Shown here one piece after another: positions 18,001-26,940 of a DNA stretch of 53,150 nucleotides (position 1 is the stretch's first letter; every line of letters begins with the position of its first letter). This DNA comes from a virus (lineage: Duplodnaviria > Caudoviricetes): positions 1 through 53,150 of IMG/VR virus record IMGVR_UViG_3300029290_000001. One strand, 5' to 3'. Both the position numbers and the translations under genes were made by a program. The notes below the pieces were generated by a model. That model saw nothing but the letters and a program-made list of their open reading frames with translations, was not told the DNA's origin and did not search any database.

Positions 18001-18281
18001 CCGCCCGACGTGTGCTCATGCGGCTGGCCTGCCCAAATGACGTTGCCCGCTACGCGGTACATGCCATAGACGCGCGGGATGATCTTGCCGTAGGCGCTGT
18101 CTTGCACCCGGATATCGTTGATCTTGGGGCTTGGCGGCTTCGGGCCAAAAAACATGTTGCCCACAAGGGCGCCGACCATCCAACCGATTTGCGCGGCGGT
18201 GGCGACCGCCATCACGCCAGTGGCCGCGGCGGCGCCCGCGCTGACTGCGGAGACAGCGGCGGCGACGGCGAGAACGGCCAT
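15096..18281 (-). CDS. Large tail-tip/host-specificity protein (RcGTA g15 'megatron'-like)
   Basis: YGKIIPRVYG.YRVAGNVIW, SFAIGLCEGPI.GVRRIWANGKL, PAHRGLAY; ATG at 18281 overlaps NlpC stop. Confidence 0.85.
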   Translation of the reverse strand: MAVLAVAAAVSAVSAGAAAATGVMAVATAAQIGWMVGALVGNMFFGPKPPSPKINDIRVQDSAYGKIIPRVYGMYRVAGNVIWAGQPHEHTSGGKGMGKGGGQTVVRMSFAIGLCEGPIQGVRRIWANGKLVYDVSNPSSYAQISGSNQMLSNFVVYNGDELQTPDPTMESQLGVGNVPAHRGLAYAVFNELDLSEWGNFLPSFSFEVVTGISSVYVQGTVGTFTQTPGQDTATMSGLSAQGALYMGVGYGWVGNYSGIWVGQITAYGGSQTNPYGPSANFYPNPGTGWVAAAGPTWSDTPGMLGPGSNGTWNWYQPDGTVLIGVNGLPMGAAGTERSYVKLGNNIWCTSNYGGGAHVIFGFTVGPSFGLAFATSTVQAPFNMVGVTSSYVYAIDGSYLYQFQPTTLALVQTWAISSLGVPGLNQFECGHAVDDRHIYMFGAGTLSVFDSVAGTATVLGGGYGVPAYTMQVVSPNLIMFAGFPTDYNHPQLGYLAKTFVSSGSTGVALSTIVADICTRAGLTSSQYDVSQLTDIVAGYAITSNASARDNLMPLMGAYFFDVADADGKLTFVKRGGASVGTFAFSDLGVGNTLGDPANETPLQIMRAQEFDLPKQLTLTYCGLNNDYQTSSQVAFRTTTRSNKEATLSVSICLGDDEGLQKAQTMLWNAWLSREEFTFTTTLAYLKYVPNDVVTLQGASGNSYTVRLVDCQFDAQGVLKWTALSEAPAIYTSTAAGAAPAGFPKQQVGYSGPSDLVVLDLPPLRANDTTPGLYIGACGYASSWPGCTVEISRDGNSYTNLVAITGASVIGTMTNALQNFGGGNQPDELSAATVVIESGSLSSVTYANFLAGNSAAVIGSEIVYFRNATLTAANTYLLTGFVRGVGGTDWAIGNHAAGEKFILLGNTLAPVGLNVHDIGSKLYFDTRLLNIFSGQVTGNRTLTPANARVQPLSPAQFHALPGSASSTSDISLFWMRRARVNAAWLNGADVPLDQQTESYQVTITNGAGAVVRTATVLAAQTYVYTAANIAADGCSTGNTINFSVAQNSDLGVLGRAATATITR

Positions 18282-18691
18282 TATTCGACTCCCGGCACGT
18301 GGTAGGCAGCGGCAATCTGCACGCGCCAACGGTCGTCAAAACGATGCTCAACCACGCGCCGATTGACCGCAAATGCATGGATGATCGTGTCGGGCGCGGT
18401 CAAGATGGCAAGGTGAATCGGGCTGTTATTCCACGCAAACAGAATCACGTCAGCGGCCTGCGCTTGGTCAAGCGGAATCGGCTGCATGAACTGGTCGCAG
18501 TACGTGCGCATTTCGCCCGTGGGCTTGCGTTCGTAGTTCGTGAATTGGAAATCGCACAAGGCGAGCGCGCGCGCCGTTTCCATGACGAGGCCGACGCAAT
18601 CGCACGCAAGCCCCTTAAAACGGCCTTGGTGCACCCAAGGCGTGCCGAGCCATGTCCGGGCCTCTGCCACAAAATCAGCGCGCGTAATCAT
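18281..18691 (-). CDS. NlpC/P60 tail peptidase
   Basis: EARTWLGTPWVHQG..G..CDCVGLV, HLAI, IIHA. Confidence 0.9.
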   Translation of the reverse strand: MITRADFVAEARTWLGTPWVHQGRFKGLACDCVGLVMETARALALCDFQFTNYERKPTGEMRTYCDQFMQPIPLDQAQAADVILFAWNNSPIHLAILTAPDTIIHAFAVNRRVVEHRFDDRWRVQIAAAYHVPGVE

Positions 18692-19779
18692 GACGATTGG
18701 GGCCGCAAGATGGTGTCGGCGCCGGGCACGTAGGGTTCGCCCCGGAAGTGCGCGACGTTGTTAAAGCGGGTCTTGCACGTGCCGAAGGTGCGGTCGCAGC
18801 CGGCGACAATCATGTAAGTGTCTCCAGGTGCAACGGCAAACGGGAACGGCAGCGCGACCGCGACCACGCCCGGCGCGAAACTTTTCACTTCCGTGCTGTA
18901 GCCCTTGTTTGCGCCGGTTAGGAACGTCACAGAGCCATACGCGAAATAACCGATGCTGTAGGTGTACGAAATGAACACCTCATAGCCGGGGTCGCTGTTG
19001 CTGAATGTGTAAGTGCCGTCAGGCGCGACGTTGTATTGCTTATCGCCGGGGTAGCCACCAACGGCGGACCACACGGCGCCGGTCGAATCCGTGACGCCGC
19101 CGTCAGCGACAAACGCGCCGCCCGTGGGCGGAACGACTTTGATCGTATAGGCGCTGGTCGTCGGTATCTTGTGGCCGCGCGTGTCGGTATAGGCGACGGT
19201 CGGCCCCGTCTGCGTCAGACTCGAATCAAGCCATGTAAACAAGTCCGTGACGCTCGTAACCGTGCCGGTGGCCGTGAGCGGCCCGAGCGCGACGGTGCAG
19301 CGCGTGTCGCCCAGGCTCGCGCGGCACGTGGGCGTGTAGGGCTCGCCCGCCGTCTGCTGCATCATCTGCGCGAGGCCGCGAAACTCCACCTTGTACTGCC
19401 CGTTGAGCATCGTCACTTGGCCGAGCGTGCCGGCTTGCAGGATGACGGCGCCTTGCGTCAGGTCGGAATAGTTGATGAGCGAAATCGTGACGGCGGCGTT
19501 ATCCCACAAACCCGCCTCAATATCGACTTGCTGAATTGCGCTTGAGTCAAAAAGCGCCGTCACTTCCAAATTGGTCACAGACAAATCGCTCTTGTTGTCG
19601 ATTTGCGAGTGCGTGTAGCCCCCCGCCGATTTGTACGTGAACCCGTTGAATGTGATGTCGTGGTCGAGGTCCGTGAACCCGAATTGTTGGGTGTCCTTGC
19701 GCGTGATGAGCCAAAGCGTGCAGACAGTGAGCGTGTCGCCCTGCAAGTGGGTGGCGAGTGCGGTCGAGATTGAGCGCAT
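18688..19779 (-). CDS. Baseplate hub protein (DUF2163/BR0599-like, RcGTA g13-like)
   Basis: GFTDLDHDI, CRASLGDTRC, AGCDRTFGTCKTRFNN..HFRGEPYVPG (conserved Cys). Confidence 0.9.
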   Translation of the reverse strand: MRSISTALATHLQGDTLTVCTLWLITRKDTQQFGFTDLDHDITFNGFTYKSAGGYTHSQIDNKSDLSVTNLEVTALFDSSAIQQVDIEAGLWDNAAVTISLINYSDLTQGAVILQAGTLGQVTMLNGQYKVEFRGLAQMMQQTAGEPYTPTCRASLGDTRCTVALGPLTATGTVTSVTDLFTWLDSSLTQTGPTVAYTDTRGHKIPTTSAYTIKVVPPTGGAFVADGGVTDSTGAVWSAVGGYPGDKQYNVAPDGTYTFSNSDPGYEVFISYTYSIGYFAYGSVTFLTGANKGYSTEVKSFAPGVVAVALPFPFAVAPGDTYMIVAGCDRTFGTCKTRFNNVAHFRGEPYVPGADTILRPQSS

Positions 19780-19780
19780 G

Positions 19781-20653
19781 TCACACCCGGATTTCGATGA
19801 TGGGGATAGAGCCCCAATCGACTAGGAGGTCGCCGCTCGGGCCGTTGCGGTCAACGATTTGTTTTTTCATCTCGTCAACGTCGAAGCGCGCGGGCACATC
19901 GAACTGCCCGGCCCATGTCAGCGTTTCGCCGGCCTGCGGATACAGCGAGACGTTGCCGCCCGTCCCCGACTGGCCGGTCGTGTTGGCCGCAATCGTGATC
20001 TGGTTTGTGCCGACCGCAGTGATTTGCCAGAGCTTGCCGTTCAGCGTCGCGCCGAGCGAATTGCCAATACCGGCCACGCCGACATACTGGCCGACCGTGG
20101 CGCCCGCGAGCGGCGCACCGAAGTTCAGGACCGTGCTTGCGCCCGGCGTATTGCTTGAAATGTTCTGCCCGGTGTCAGCGACGAACGTTACGAGCCCGGT
20201 CGTGGTATCCACCGAGTAATTGCCAGCGGACGAGCCGGCAGTAACGGCGATGCCGTTCCGATATGGCTGCACTGTGCCCGCCACGGGCTTGGCGATATTG
20301 CGCGTTTCGATGAGCGTGCCGGTGATATAGGTCTTGGCAAGTTGGAACACGCCCGGCGCCGCCGTCGCTACAAGCAAGCCGTTTGCAGTGGTGACGGTGT
20401 AGTCGGTCCAATCCTTGATGCGAAAGCCGTTCGCCCGGCCTTTCACGGAACGGAAAAACGCATCAATGGTTGCCGTGTCGCTGGCGTTCATCAAACGGCG
20501 CCCCACGTCGAAGCGGCAGCGCGATTGCGTCCAAGCGATAGCCCGCGCCTCACGGCCCGAATAAACGGGCGTGACGACGGTTTGATACGTCGGCCCGACG
20601 ACAGCACCGAATGCGATGTTGTCAGGAAAACGCGGCGATTCGAGGAAGGCCAT
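19781..20653 (-). CDS. Distal tail protein (DUF2460-like, RcGTA g12-like) with internal insertion
   Basis: FLESPRFP.NIAFG..GP.Y.T, GFRIKDWTDY, FDVPARFD. Confidence 0.88.
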   Translation of the reverse strand: MAFLESPRFPDNIAFGAVVGPTYQTVVTPVYSGREARAIAWTQSRCRFDVGRRLMNASDTATIDAFFRSVKGRANGFRIKDWTDYTVTTANGLLVATAAPGVFQLAKTYITGTLIETRNIAKPVAGTVQPYRNGIAVTAGSSAGNYSVDTTTGLVTFVADTGQNISSNTPGASTVLNFGAPLAGATVGQYVGVAGIGNSLGATLNGKLWQITAVGTNQITIAANTTGQSGTGGNVSLYPQAGETLTWAGQFDVPARFDVDEMKKQIVDRNGPSGDLLVDWGSIPIIEIRV

Positions 20654-20655
20654 TT

Positions 20656-23337
20656 TTACGTGTTCCTTGCTGACGCAATCTGCGCGTGGCGCATGATTTC
20701 AGCCGCTTGCTGCTGCGCGGTCTGGCGTGATGTACCTGGCGGAACGGTGATGTTCATGTGCATGACCGTCGAGCGTCCGCCTGCCCCGGCAGAGCCGCTA
20801 AACGGCGTCACACGCCCCGATTGATTGCCCGCCATGAGGTAGGTACGGTTAGCGACCGTGTAGAGTTCTGGCCCGTTCTCGTTGACGCGGTAGAACTTGC
20901 CCGGCGACGTATCGCCGCCGTCCGCCATCGCGCCGCCGAACAGGCTTGCAACCATTCCGATGAGGCCGCCCAAACCGCCGCCGCCGCTGCCGCCCGATGC
21001 GGAATCGAACAGGTCGCCAAATAGCTGTTTGGCGAGCGCTTGCGACGCCATCTGCGTAATCATGTTGGTGATGCTCGTCGCAAAGTCCATGACTGCCTGA
21101 TGCAGCGACTTTGTGCGAGTGACGACCGCATCAAGTTCTTTCGCGAACTCGTTGCCGAATGCGTCGCGTAGCTTGTTGCCGAGAAGGTCGCTATTGGCGG
21201 CGAGGTCTTTGATTTTTTGATCGAACTGCGTGGCGGCCAGAAGCATCTGCGGATTGCCCGACTGCATGGCAATTTCAATCATTTGCTCGTCAATCGCTTG
21301 CAGTTGGGCCAACGCATCGCGGCGCGCGTTGCTGATTTGCGCCATGCCGTCTAGCTCGTTCGTCTGGCCCAGGCGCACCGATTGATTGATGCCGTCCTCG
21401 CGCACGCGCAGCGATTCAAGGATTTGTTGCGCTTGGCGGCTTTGCTCGTTCATTTCGCCTTGCGCGACAGTGAGGCGCTTTGCCTCTTCAATGTGCGCGA
21501 GCGTGCCGTCGTCGCCTTCTGCCGTCGCGCGCTTGGTGAGGGCAGCATGGGCGCGCTCGAAAGTCTCAAGCGCGTTTTCCCCGAGATTGCCTTTCAGTTT
21601 CGCCAACTCCGCATTGAGCTTTTCGACTTCGAGCCGATAGGCGTCCGTGGCCTTGGCCTGTTCGGGCGTCAACTCGTTGAGTTTCGTCAGGTCGGCGGCG
21701 ATGACTTCGCTGGCGCGCGCTTCGAGTTCCTTGGCCTTGGTCGCCGCTTCAATGCGTTGCTTTTCATCGGTCGCATGCTTGGAAAACTCGCGCAGAAGCG
21801 CGACTTCTTTCGCATAGTCCGCGCGAAGTTTCTCCAAGTGTTCCTCTGTCGCCGCGCGGATGCCGCTGTAATAGTCTTTGATCGACAGATAGCTCGCGTC
21901 GTAATACTTTTTGAGCGTCGCGTCGCGCTGCGCCAAGAGCTTGTTTTCCTCGCGTACCGAATCCTCTATCGGGCGCAACTGCGCATCAAGGTTCGCCTTT
22001 TCGATGCCCGACGTGCTCTTGTCTTTGTACTTTTCATTGACGAGCGCAATGTCGGCGGCGCGCTGGGCCGGGTCATAGCCGAGTTTGTTGGCGCGTTGCG
22101 TGTACTCTTCGATTTCCTTGGCGCGCTTCTGTGTCTGCGACGCGAACTTTTCGTGAAAGCCTTTCATCCACTCATCGGCGGCGATGCGGCCCTCTTCTTT
22201 GCGGTCCTTTGCCGATTGCTCTGCGGCCTTTTTTTCGTCGGCGGTTTTCTGATCCGACAGGCGCTTGAGCTGGGCATATTCCTCGTCCATCGCGGCCTTG
22301 AGCTTTGACGTGTCGCGCCCGAAGCCTTGCGCCAACGTCATGCGCTTCTGCATGTCGGCCAACTTGTTCAAGTGGTCTTGCAAGCGCTCATCAACGTCTT
22401 TGCCGTTGACGACTTTCAGCACCTGTTGCCACACGTTGCCGAAAATCATTCCCCAGCCGCGCATAAAGTCGGCGGCGATGCCGGTTTTTTTCCCGAGCGT
22501 TTCAAAGCGGTCGGCCAACAGGTTCAGGGCGACGGCTTCGGCCTTTTCCTTGTCGCCGGATTCCTCTAGCTGGCGGATGTACTCGTATTGGGCCGAAGTG
22601 ATGAAGTGATAATGCTTGTTCATCGACTCGGCCCACTTCGCCGCGCCGTCGTCAATCTTGGCGATGGTCGCGAGCACGTCCTTGCCGGCGATGTCGGTTT
22701 TCTGTTCCATCTGCGTCGCCGCGCGGCCAGCGGCCACGAGCGTGTCGCCCGCAAAACGCCCCGATTCCGCGAGCGCCGTCAGCATGGCGATATTGTCGCG
22801 GTAGTGCCCTAGCGTGCCGTCTAGATGCATCGCCAGCGAGCGCAGGTTTGCCGCCGTCATGCCGGCATAGTTGTTCGATAGTTCAAGCGCCTTGTTCAGT
22901 TCACGCGCCTCGTCATACGCCTTATAGGCAGCGACCCCGAACGCAACGAGCGCAGCGCCCACGCCCAGGACCGTGAGGCCCGCGCGGCTGAAAACGAGGC
23001 TCATCGCATCAATGCGCTCGCCCAGGACCATGACCGAGCCGGCCGCACGCTTGAAGTTGCCTTGCGACAGTTCATGCGCCAGCACGAGCAATTCGCGCCG
23101 CGCGCCAACCGTGCTGAAATTCAGATGGTTCATTTGCTCGGCGGCTTCATCAATGCCGCGCGTGCGCTGAACTTGCCGGCCGGCCTGGGCCACGCCTTCA
23201 ATGTGTTTGGATGCGTCGTTTGCGGCCACGCCGATGCGTTCCATGTACATCTGCACGACGTTGCGCATCTCGGCCATGTCCGACTCAAGTTTCGAGACGT
23301 TGCCTTGAAGTTCAACGGTTAGCGTTGCGAGAGACAT
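20656..23337 (-). CDS. Tail tape measure protein
   Basis: 893 aa, helical A/K/E-rich; C-terminal ADGG....GKFYRVNENGPEL; follows chaperone genes. Confidence 0.92.
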   Translation of the reverse strand: MSLATLTVELQGNVSKLESDMAEMRNVVQMYMERIGVAANDASKHIEGVAQAGRQVQRTRGIDEAAEQMNHLNFSTVGARRELLVLAHELSQGNFKRAAGSVMVLGERIDAMSLVFSRAGLTVLGVGAALVAFGVAAYKAYDEARELNKALELSNNYAGMTAANLRSLAMHLDGTLGHYRDNIAMLTALAESGRFAGDTLVAAGRAATQMEQKTDIAGKDVLATIAKIDDGAAKWAESMNKHYHFITSAQYEYIRQLEESGDKEKAEAVALNLLADRFETLGKKTGIAADFMRGWGMIFGNVWQQVLKVVNGKDVDERLQDHLNKLADMQKRMTLAQGFGRDTSKLKAAMDEEYAQLKRLSDQKTADEKKAAEQSAKDRKEEGRIAADEWMKGFHEKFASQTQKRAKEIEEYTQRANKLGYDPAQRAADIALVNEKYKDKSTSGIEKANLDAQLRPIEDSVREENKLLAQRDATLKKYYDASYLSIKDYYSGIRAATEEHLEKLRADYAKEVALLREFSKHATDEKQRIEAATKAKELEARASEVIAADLTKLNELTPEQAKATDAYRLEVEKLNAELAKLKGNLGENALETFERAHAALTKRATAEGDDGTLAHIEEAKRLTVAQGEMNEQSRQAQQILESLRVREDGINQSVRLGQTNELDGMAQISNARRDALAQLQAIDEQMIEIAMQSGNPQMLLAATQFDQKIKDLAANSDLLGNKLRDAFGNEFAKELDAVVTRTKSLHQAVMDFATSITNMITQMASQALAKQLFGDLFDSASGGSGGGGLGGLIGMVASLFGGAMADGGDTSPGKFYRVNENGPELYTVANRTYLMAGNQSGRVTPFSGSAGAGGRSTVMHMNITVPPGTSRQTAQQQAAEIMRHAQIASARNT

Positions 23338-23674
23338 GGCTATTTCCCTGTCCGAACACTTCGGACAGAATCAGGTTTGTTTGCTTATTGGGGTCGTCCA
23401 ACAAAACGGGCTTGTCCTCTCCGCGCCGCAAGAAGGGCATGAAGTCGGACGGTTGATAGGGTTTGTCGAGCTTTGCAAACCCATGATTGGCGGCGGCGGA
23501 CGCGATGATGCCCGCCCGTAAATCGGCGCGCGTTTCGCCCCATGGCTCAAGTGCACCGAAGGCAATCCACTCGGTTAACTCCGCGCTGTCGATGCTGGCT
23601 AGAAGCTGCCTAACCGTCATCCCCAGCGCGAGCGCGAGGCGAAAGTAGAAGCGCCGTTCAGGGCGGCGCTCTAG
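23312..23674 (-). CDS. Tail assembly chaperone, -1 frameshift extension (lambda gpT-like)
   Basis: -1 frame after A AAA AAC reads LERRPERRFYFRLALALGMTVRQLL..IDSAELTEW and is open to 23312. Confidence 0.85.
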   Translation of the reverse strand, partial: LERRPERRFYFRLALALGMTVRQLLASIDSAELTEWIAFGALEPWGETRADLRAGIIASAAANHGFAKLDKPYQPSDFMPFLRRGEDKPVLLDDPNKQTNLILSEVFGQGNSHVSRNANR

Positions 23675-24030
23675 TTTTTTTGCGCGTCCTCCACGCTTGC
23701 GGAGCCCATACCGTTCAGGTCTTGCGCGACACGAAACAGGCGCTCAAGCACGGATGCGCTTTTCTTGGCGAGTGCTTCCACCTCTTCCACGCCCGAGAAC
23801 AGCAACGCGCCGGCTTCATCCACGAGCGTGGCGGCCACGAGCTTGGCGCGCATGTTCGTCAGGTCCGCGACGCGCTGGCCGTCTTTGAGCACCACCATGC
23901 TCGCCTCGTACGCATCGCGTGCCGCGCCAGTCATGGTGCGCACAACCACATCGCCGCCCCATTCGGGAACCGAAACGGTCTTGGTCGGCAAGTCGGCGGC
24001 AGAAATGATTTGGTCTTTCGTCAGAGCCAT
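23671..24030 (-). CDS. Tail assembly chaperone (lambda gpG-like)
   Basis: VPEWGG motif; ends QKN* at slippery site; between major tail and tape measure genes. Confidence 0.88.
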   Translation of the reverse strand: MALTKDQIISAADLPTKTVSVPEWGGDVVVRTMTGAARDAYEASMVVLKDGQRVADLTNMRAKLVAATLVDEAGALLFSGVEEVEALAKKSASVLERLFRVAQDLNGMGSASVEDAQKN

Positions 24031-24045
24031 TTTTTACCCCTTTGG

Positions 24046-24681
24046 TTATGCGTACGTGACCGGACCGGTGATGATGACGTTCACTTGCGCGCTGACGAGC
24101 TTGTCAACGGCGCCATCCCACGGGAACGACTCGACAAAGCCGGTCCAGGTGGCAGTGTGGGTGTTGGGCAGCGTCAACTTGAAGTTGGCGAGCGTCGCGT
24201 TCACCTTGTAGTTTTGCAGCGCGAGCTGGCCGGCGTCGCTGTTGTCGATATCCACATCAAACGTGAATTGACCCGGATCGAACAGGCCCGCGCGGTATTC
24301 CTTGGCTGTGCTGGCGAGGTTCGTGGCGTCGAGCTTGGCAATCTTGCCGTCGAAGCCCTTGATGCTCTTGAAGTTGCCAATGGATACCCAGGCAACAGGC
24401 GTCGCCGTGCCGCCCGACGTATACGCCGTGCCGCCCGTGGTGTCGTAATCGACGGCGAAAGTGTTCGCGGTCTTGTTTTTCACGACGAACGTGAGGCCGT
24501 TCAGTACCACGGTGCCGACGATGCCCGAAATCGTCACCACGTCGCCGTTATTGAAGCCGTTCGCGGTGGCCGTGATGATGGTCGGGTTCCCGAGCGCGAC
24601 GCCGCTGATGGTCTTCGCGGTGCCGTTGCCACTCGAAACTTGCAGGGTCGAGCCTTGGGCCGAAAATGCGGTCGAGGTCAT
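24046..24681 (-). CDS. Major tail tube protein with inserted beta-domain
   Basis: TAFSAQGSTLQ, LDATNL.STAKEY..GL.DPGQF; position after tail terminator. Confidence 0.85.
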   Translation of the reverse strand: MTSTAFSAQGSTLQVSSGNGTAKTISGVALGNPTIITATANGFNNGDVVTISGIVGTVVLNGLTFVVKNKTANTFAVDYDTTGGTAYTSGGTATPVAWVSIGNFKSIKGFDGKIAKLDATNLASTAKEYRAGLFDPGQFTFDVDIDNSDAGQLALQNYKVNATLANFKLTLPNTHTATWTGFVESFPWDGAVDKLVSAQVNVIITGPVTYA

Positions 24682-24695
24682 TTCAAACGCTCCAT

Positions 24696-24719
24696 AAAAA
24701 AAGCCCGCTTTCGCGGGCT
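24696..24719 (-). terminator. Intrinsic terminator-like hairpin upstream of major tail gene
   Basis: AGCCCGC-GAAA-GCGGGCT then TTTTTT. Confidence 0.8.
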
Positions 24720-24741
24720 GTAGTGGTCGAGGGCAGGCGGG

Positions 24742-25095
24742 TTAGTAATGCCAAACTGAAAAATCCATGATGATTCGGAAGCGGCGCACGTCCGGTACGT
24801 ACTCGTCGTGATCCATCAACTTGACGTTTTGCACGGACCAACCCGCCATCGCGGCGGTGATCGCTGCGGCGGTTGCCTGCGCAGATGCGTAGGTCACATC
24901 CCACACGTCGATTTGAAAGCGCGTGTTATTGATCGGCGGTTGTCCATTGCCGGCCAACGTGTTTTCAACTGAACTTGCGACGCGCTGATACACGGCATAG
25001 GGCGGCGTCACGTTTTGCTCTGCCGTGAGCGGATAGATGCCGCCCGACACGACGCCGTTAAGCAACGTGCAAAGCTGTTCCTGAATGGTTGCCAT
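24742..25095 (-). CDS. Tail terminator/completion protein (DUF3168-like)
   Basis: IYPL.A....PPYAVYQ, RFQIDVW; synteny. Confidence 0.8.
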   Translation of the reverse strand: MATIQEQLCTLLNGVVSGGIYPLTAEQNVTPPYAVYQRVASSVENTLAGNGQPPINNTRFQIDVWDVTYASAQATAAAITAAMAGWSVQNVKLMDHDEYVPDVRRFRIIMDFSVWHY

Positions 25096-25098
25096 TTG

Positions 25099-25716
25099 TC
25101 ACGTCCAGGTCGGCATGTTGGAACGCAGGAACGTTTCGTAATCGGTGTCATTGACGCCGAGCTTTGCCAACTCTTGCGGGATGCGCTCGCGCAAGTATTT
25201 TTCGATGGCCTTGACGGCTTCCTTTTGCTCGGCTTCCACGGCCGGCCGCATGAACGGATGGGCGGGCACGAACAGGCCGGGCGGTGTCGCATACTTGCTG
25301 CGATGCTGTTTGCGCGTGACGCCTCGCGGGCGCGGCGGCACGTACCAATGGCCGAACTCCACCCAGGACGCATAGAACGCATCCATGTTCACGTAACGCT
25401 TGCCCTTCTTTTTCATGCGCTGGCTTAAACCGCTGCGCACGCTCACGATGAACGTCTGCGTCGTGGCGTTCGATTTCTCGGGTACGTGCGCCTGATAGAT
25501 GGCGCGCTTCAAAAGGCCGGGGTCTACGCGCTCGTCAGGATGGGCGAGCGGGAAAAATTGATAGACCGGCGCGCGCAAAATGGCTTCCTTCCGAATCACG
25601 GCCGCGCCCGCACTCACAGCGCCGCGCAAGGTGTTTTTCGCGATGCGTTCTGGCAGTGCGTGAAATGCGGCGTCCAGTTGGGCCATGCCCTTGATGCAAT
25701 CCATCGGGTTAGCCAT
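25099..25716 (-). CDS. HK97 gp10-like tail component
   Basis: FYASWVEFGH, PAHPFMRPA. Confidence 0.85.
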   Translation of the reverse strand: MANPMDCIKGMAQLDAAFHALPERIAKNTLRGAVSAGAAVIRKEAILRAPVYQFFPLAHPDERVDPGLLKRAIYQAHVPEKSNATTQTFIVSVRSGLSQRMKKKGKRYVNMDAFYASWVEFGHWYVPPRPRGVTRKQHRSKYATPPGLFVPAHPFMRPAVEAEQKEAVKAIEKYLRERIPQELAKLGVNDTDYETFLRSNMPTWT

Positions 25717-26062
25717 TGGTCATGCCCTCCGCCGCCATCAATTCGACAATCTGATTGCCCTCATCAATGTTCAGCGCCGCTTGAATGATGAAAATGCGCC
25801 CGTTGTACGTGGCGCGGTACGCCGCGACGACGCGCGGGTCCGCGAAGATGGCGTCATAGCGCACGGTGATTCGGTGCGACACGTCAGTCATGACGGTTTG
25901 CGCGGCCGCGCGCTCGGTGCCGTTCAGCGCTTCGATGAGCGCATAGACTTGCTTGACCTTGGTCCAGACATCCTGCTGCTGGCCGAAGCGGTCCTGGACC
26001 GTCGCGCGCTGCTCGATCGTGATGAGGCGCGTGAGAATGCCGCTACGGATACGCGCGGTCAT
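25709..26062 (-). CDS. Head closure (head-tail adaptor) protein
   Basis: G.L...ITIEQ...QD.FGQ...W, HRITVRY, GRIFII. Confidence 0.85.
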   Translation of the reverse strand: MTARIRSGILTRLITIEQRATVQDRFGQQQDVWTKVKQVYALIEALNGTERAAAQTVMTDVSHRITVRYDAIFADPRVVAAYRATYNGRIFIIQAALNIDEGNQIVELMAAEGMTNG

Positions 26063-26928
26063 GGCAGGCTCTGCCGGTAGGGATCGAGCAGACCATCGAT
26101 GAACGGCAGCTCCTCGACCCTGCCGCGATTGAGGATGGCCACCTCCTCACGGTTTTCGTAGAGCGAGCCGGTACGGATCAGGATCCAGTTGCGGATGCCC
26201 TCGGGCACGGGCTCTTGCCCACCATAGACGTAGCTCGTGCCGCTGCCCGCGTCGGTCAGCGTGACCGGATTTCCCGCCGGATCCTGCAACGCATAGCGGC
26301 CTGCGTTCGCTGCCGTGACCGTGTACGGCGTGCCCGCCTGCAGTGGCGTGGGCAGCGTTCCGCCCGAATTGAAGAACTGGAGGGACTGACCGAGAGCCCA
26401 CGTGACGGGGCCGCGAACCCAAATCTGCGTGGCCGGCAGGCTGCCCGGCACGGTGCACATCGACATGTAGCCGGCGTCGTAGGTGACGCTCACGGCCCCG
26501 ATCTGCGGCAGCGGAATCGGCCAGATCTTGCCGAACGCCGGCGTCACAATGGCCGGCATCAGGGCGGCATTGACGACGTAGTCGCCCTGAGCCATTGTCT
26601 GCCGCGCGCCGTTCATATCGAGGTAGTCGATCGAGACGATGTCGACCACTGGACCGTGCGGCAGTTGAATCGCGAAACCCGGGTAGTTGACCACGTCCGC
26701 AAACGGCAGCGGCGAGCCCACGCCCGCCATCGGAAAGCGGTCGAGCTCCAACTGGTAGCGTGCGTACAGCAGTTGCTGGCGTGTGATGGTCTCCGCTGCG
26801 ACGCGTGCGGCGGTCAGCATCGACGCGAGGATCGGATCTTGCGCGGCGTCGGTGATGCGCAGGTGCAGTTTGGCCTCGGCCAGATCAATCGGCTCGCCGA
26901 GCGGGCGCTGCAGCAGGATCTCGGGCAT
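26059..26928 (-). CDS. Head-tail connector (gp6-like) with ~80-aa insertion
   Basis: EPIDLAEAKLHLRI...LYENRE...LLDPYR. Confidence 0.85.
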   Translation of the reverse strand: MPEILLQRPLGEPIDLAEAKLHLRITDAAQDPILASMLTAARVAAETITRQQLLYARYQLELDRFPMAGVGSPLPFADVVNYPGFAIQLPHGPVVDIVSIDYLDMNGARQTMAQGDYVVNAALMPAIVTPAFGKIWPIPLPQIGAVSVTYDAGYMSMCTVPGSLPATQIWVRGPVTWALGQSLQFFNSGGTLPTPLQAGTPYTVTAANAGRYALQDPAGNPVTLTDAGSGTSYVYGGQEPVPEGIRNWILIRTGSLYENREEVAILNRGRVEELPFIDGLLDPYRQSLP

Positions 26929-26940
26929 TGATACGGACGG

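Noticed and set aside
15096-20653. Gene transfer agent
   Set aside because: GTA-like tail-tip genes sit in a full prophage with its own replication, immunity and integration genes
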